Both the position numbers and the translations under genes were made by a program. Positions 62,967 through 64,000 of a stretch of 64,000 nucleotides of DNA are shown here, in pieces (position 1 is the stretch's first letter; each line of letters begins with the position of its first letter). The stretch lies in contig JBHGNT010000022.1 in NCBI GenBank assembly GCA_043228905.1, forward strand, positions 8,494,001 to 8,558,000, in the 5' to 3' direction. The notes under the pieces are model-generated. The model did not search any database, was not told where the DNA came from, and saw only the letters and a list, made by a program, of their open reading frames with translations. Origin of the DNA: Azolla caroliniana (lineage: Eukaryota > Plantae > Polypodiophyta).

Positions 62967-64000
62967 CTCAACTTGAGGTCGGATCGTGGTGTGAGTGTTC
63001 GCGGCAGCTGGTTCTTCTACCCGGGTCCTGGCATTGCTTCGCCTCGCTTGCGTTCCTCGTCCGATCCGGTTTTGTTTGCCACGACCCTTTTGGTTCTGCG
63101 CACCTCAACCTCCTCGGTCGGCTTGTCTGCTCAATAGGCCCATTTAAGTTCCCTCGCTGTTGTGACTTCGGCGCTTGTTAGCCCGTTGGTTCCTTCGTTT
63201 TGGTGTCGACTTCCACTGCGTTCGTGTCCGCTTGGCCTTTAGTTGATCCGGCTTCTCCGAATCTTGAACCAAATCGGTTTCCTTCGATTCGTTCCAGCTC
63301 TTGTCCGAGTCGGTGTTCTCCAACTCGTTTTCCGGTTTCAGGCCCTTCACCACACCGGACCACGTCTGGGTCTTTGTTATCCCTAGGGGCCGGACAATGC
63401 CCTAACACAGAGTGTCTCTTTGAGACACTTCACCAAAGGGGTGTTGCAATGAGATAAACTTAGACCAAACTATGAATGAAACCCTAATCGGTTACTAATC
63501 GGCAAGATCATTAGTCACAATACACGCGTAAGATGAATTACACTTAGCACATAATGGTAATTAACACTTATTAAGATACACAACAACAACACTCTATTAA
63601 TTATCTGCTAATGATTATAATCTAACCGGGCCCTTTTATAGGTCCCTGGTCCTAAGTACAAACCGGTGCCAACCAGCAACCGGCTACGAACCGGTCCGGA
63701 TCCAGATTGGCATACCGATTCCGGTCCGTCAGTTCGCTTCTCAAAAGATCCTTCTAAATATTATAGATAATCAGCTCCCTTTCCCGTTCTGGACTTTATC
63801 CAGTTCTTAAGTCTTTGCCAGCCAACATTCTTCGTCGTTTTCTTCGGTCGGCTCTGTCATTCTTGACTCTGCCGCTGTTGCCGTTTGTTCCGACCTTTCC
63901 GGATGTGCTGACTCCTTCGGTCAGCTCGGCTTCCTTTTTCCTCTTGTCTCCGCCTTTGTTGGTTCTTTCTTCCTCTCCGGCTCCTTGTCCAGTTCCATCT
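62967..64000 (-). mobile_element. Copia 3' extension region, interrupted by the 63375-63827 insert
   Basis: TWSGVVKGLKPENELENTDSDK is homologous to 34690-35278. Confidence 0.7.
63375..63827. mobile_element. Probable solo LTR
   Basis: TGTT...AACA termini with flanks GTCTT/TTCTT. CCTATAAAA on the minus strand. Confidence 0.55.

Overview
This is eukaryotic, land-plant-like DNA; the TE lineages and intron style suggest a non-seed plant such as a fern or lycophyte (inference). It is mostly a nested pile of decayed Ty1/Copia and Ty3/Gypsy LTR retrotransposons and solo LTRs, with one intact intronless host gene, an A1 aspartic protease (43873-45519, minus). The standout is a roughly 8-kb non-retroelement unit at about 13650-21540 holding two head-to-head genes, both pseudogenised in this copy. 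One is a six-exon minus-strand gene that I could splice by hand into a ParB/Srx-like domain fused to a complete bacterial-type beta-class N4-cytosine/N6-adenine DNA methyltransferase. The other is a plus-strand Sola1/DUF7869-like DDD transposase with a C-terminal barrel-like domain. The first intron of the methyltransferase gene carries five 27-bp palindromes, two of which form a perfect hairpin with 46-bp arms. A second, diverged copy of the transposase lies at 8662-10547. Together this suggests a DNA-transposon family carrying its own amino-methyltransferase. Also visible are a self-priming PBS and a -1 frameshift/pseudoknot signal in two chromovirus copies, a tRNA-Trp-primed Gypsy family with a non-autonomous partner, and a conserved post-RNase H extension in a Copia family. 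Family assignments come from motif recognition by eye and need HMM or structure confirmation; boundaries of degraded elements are approximate.
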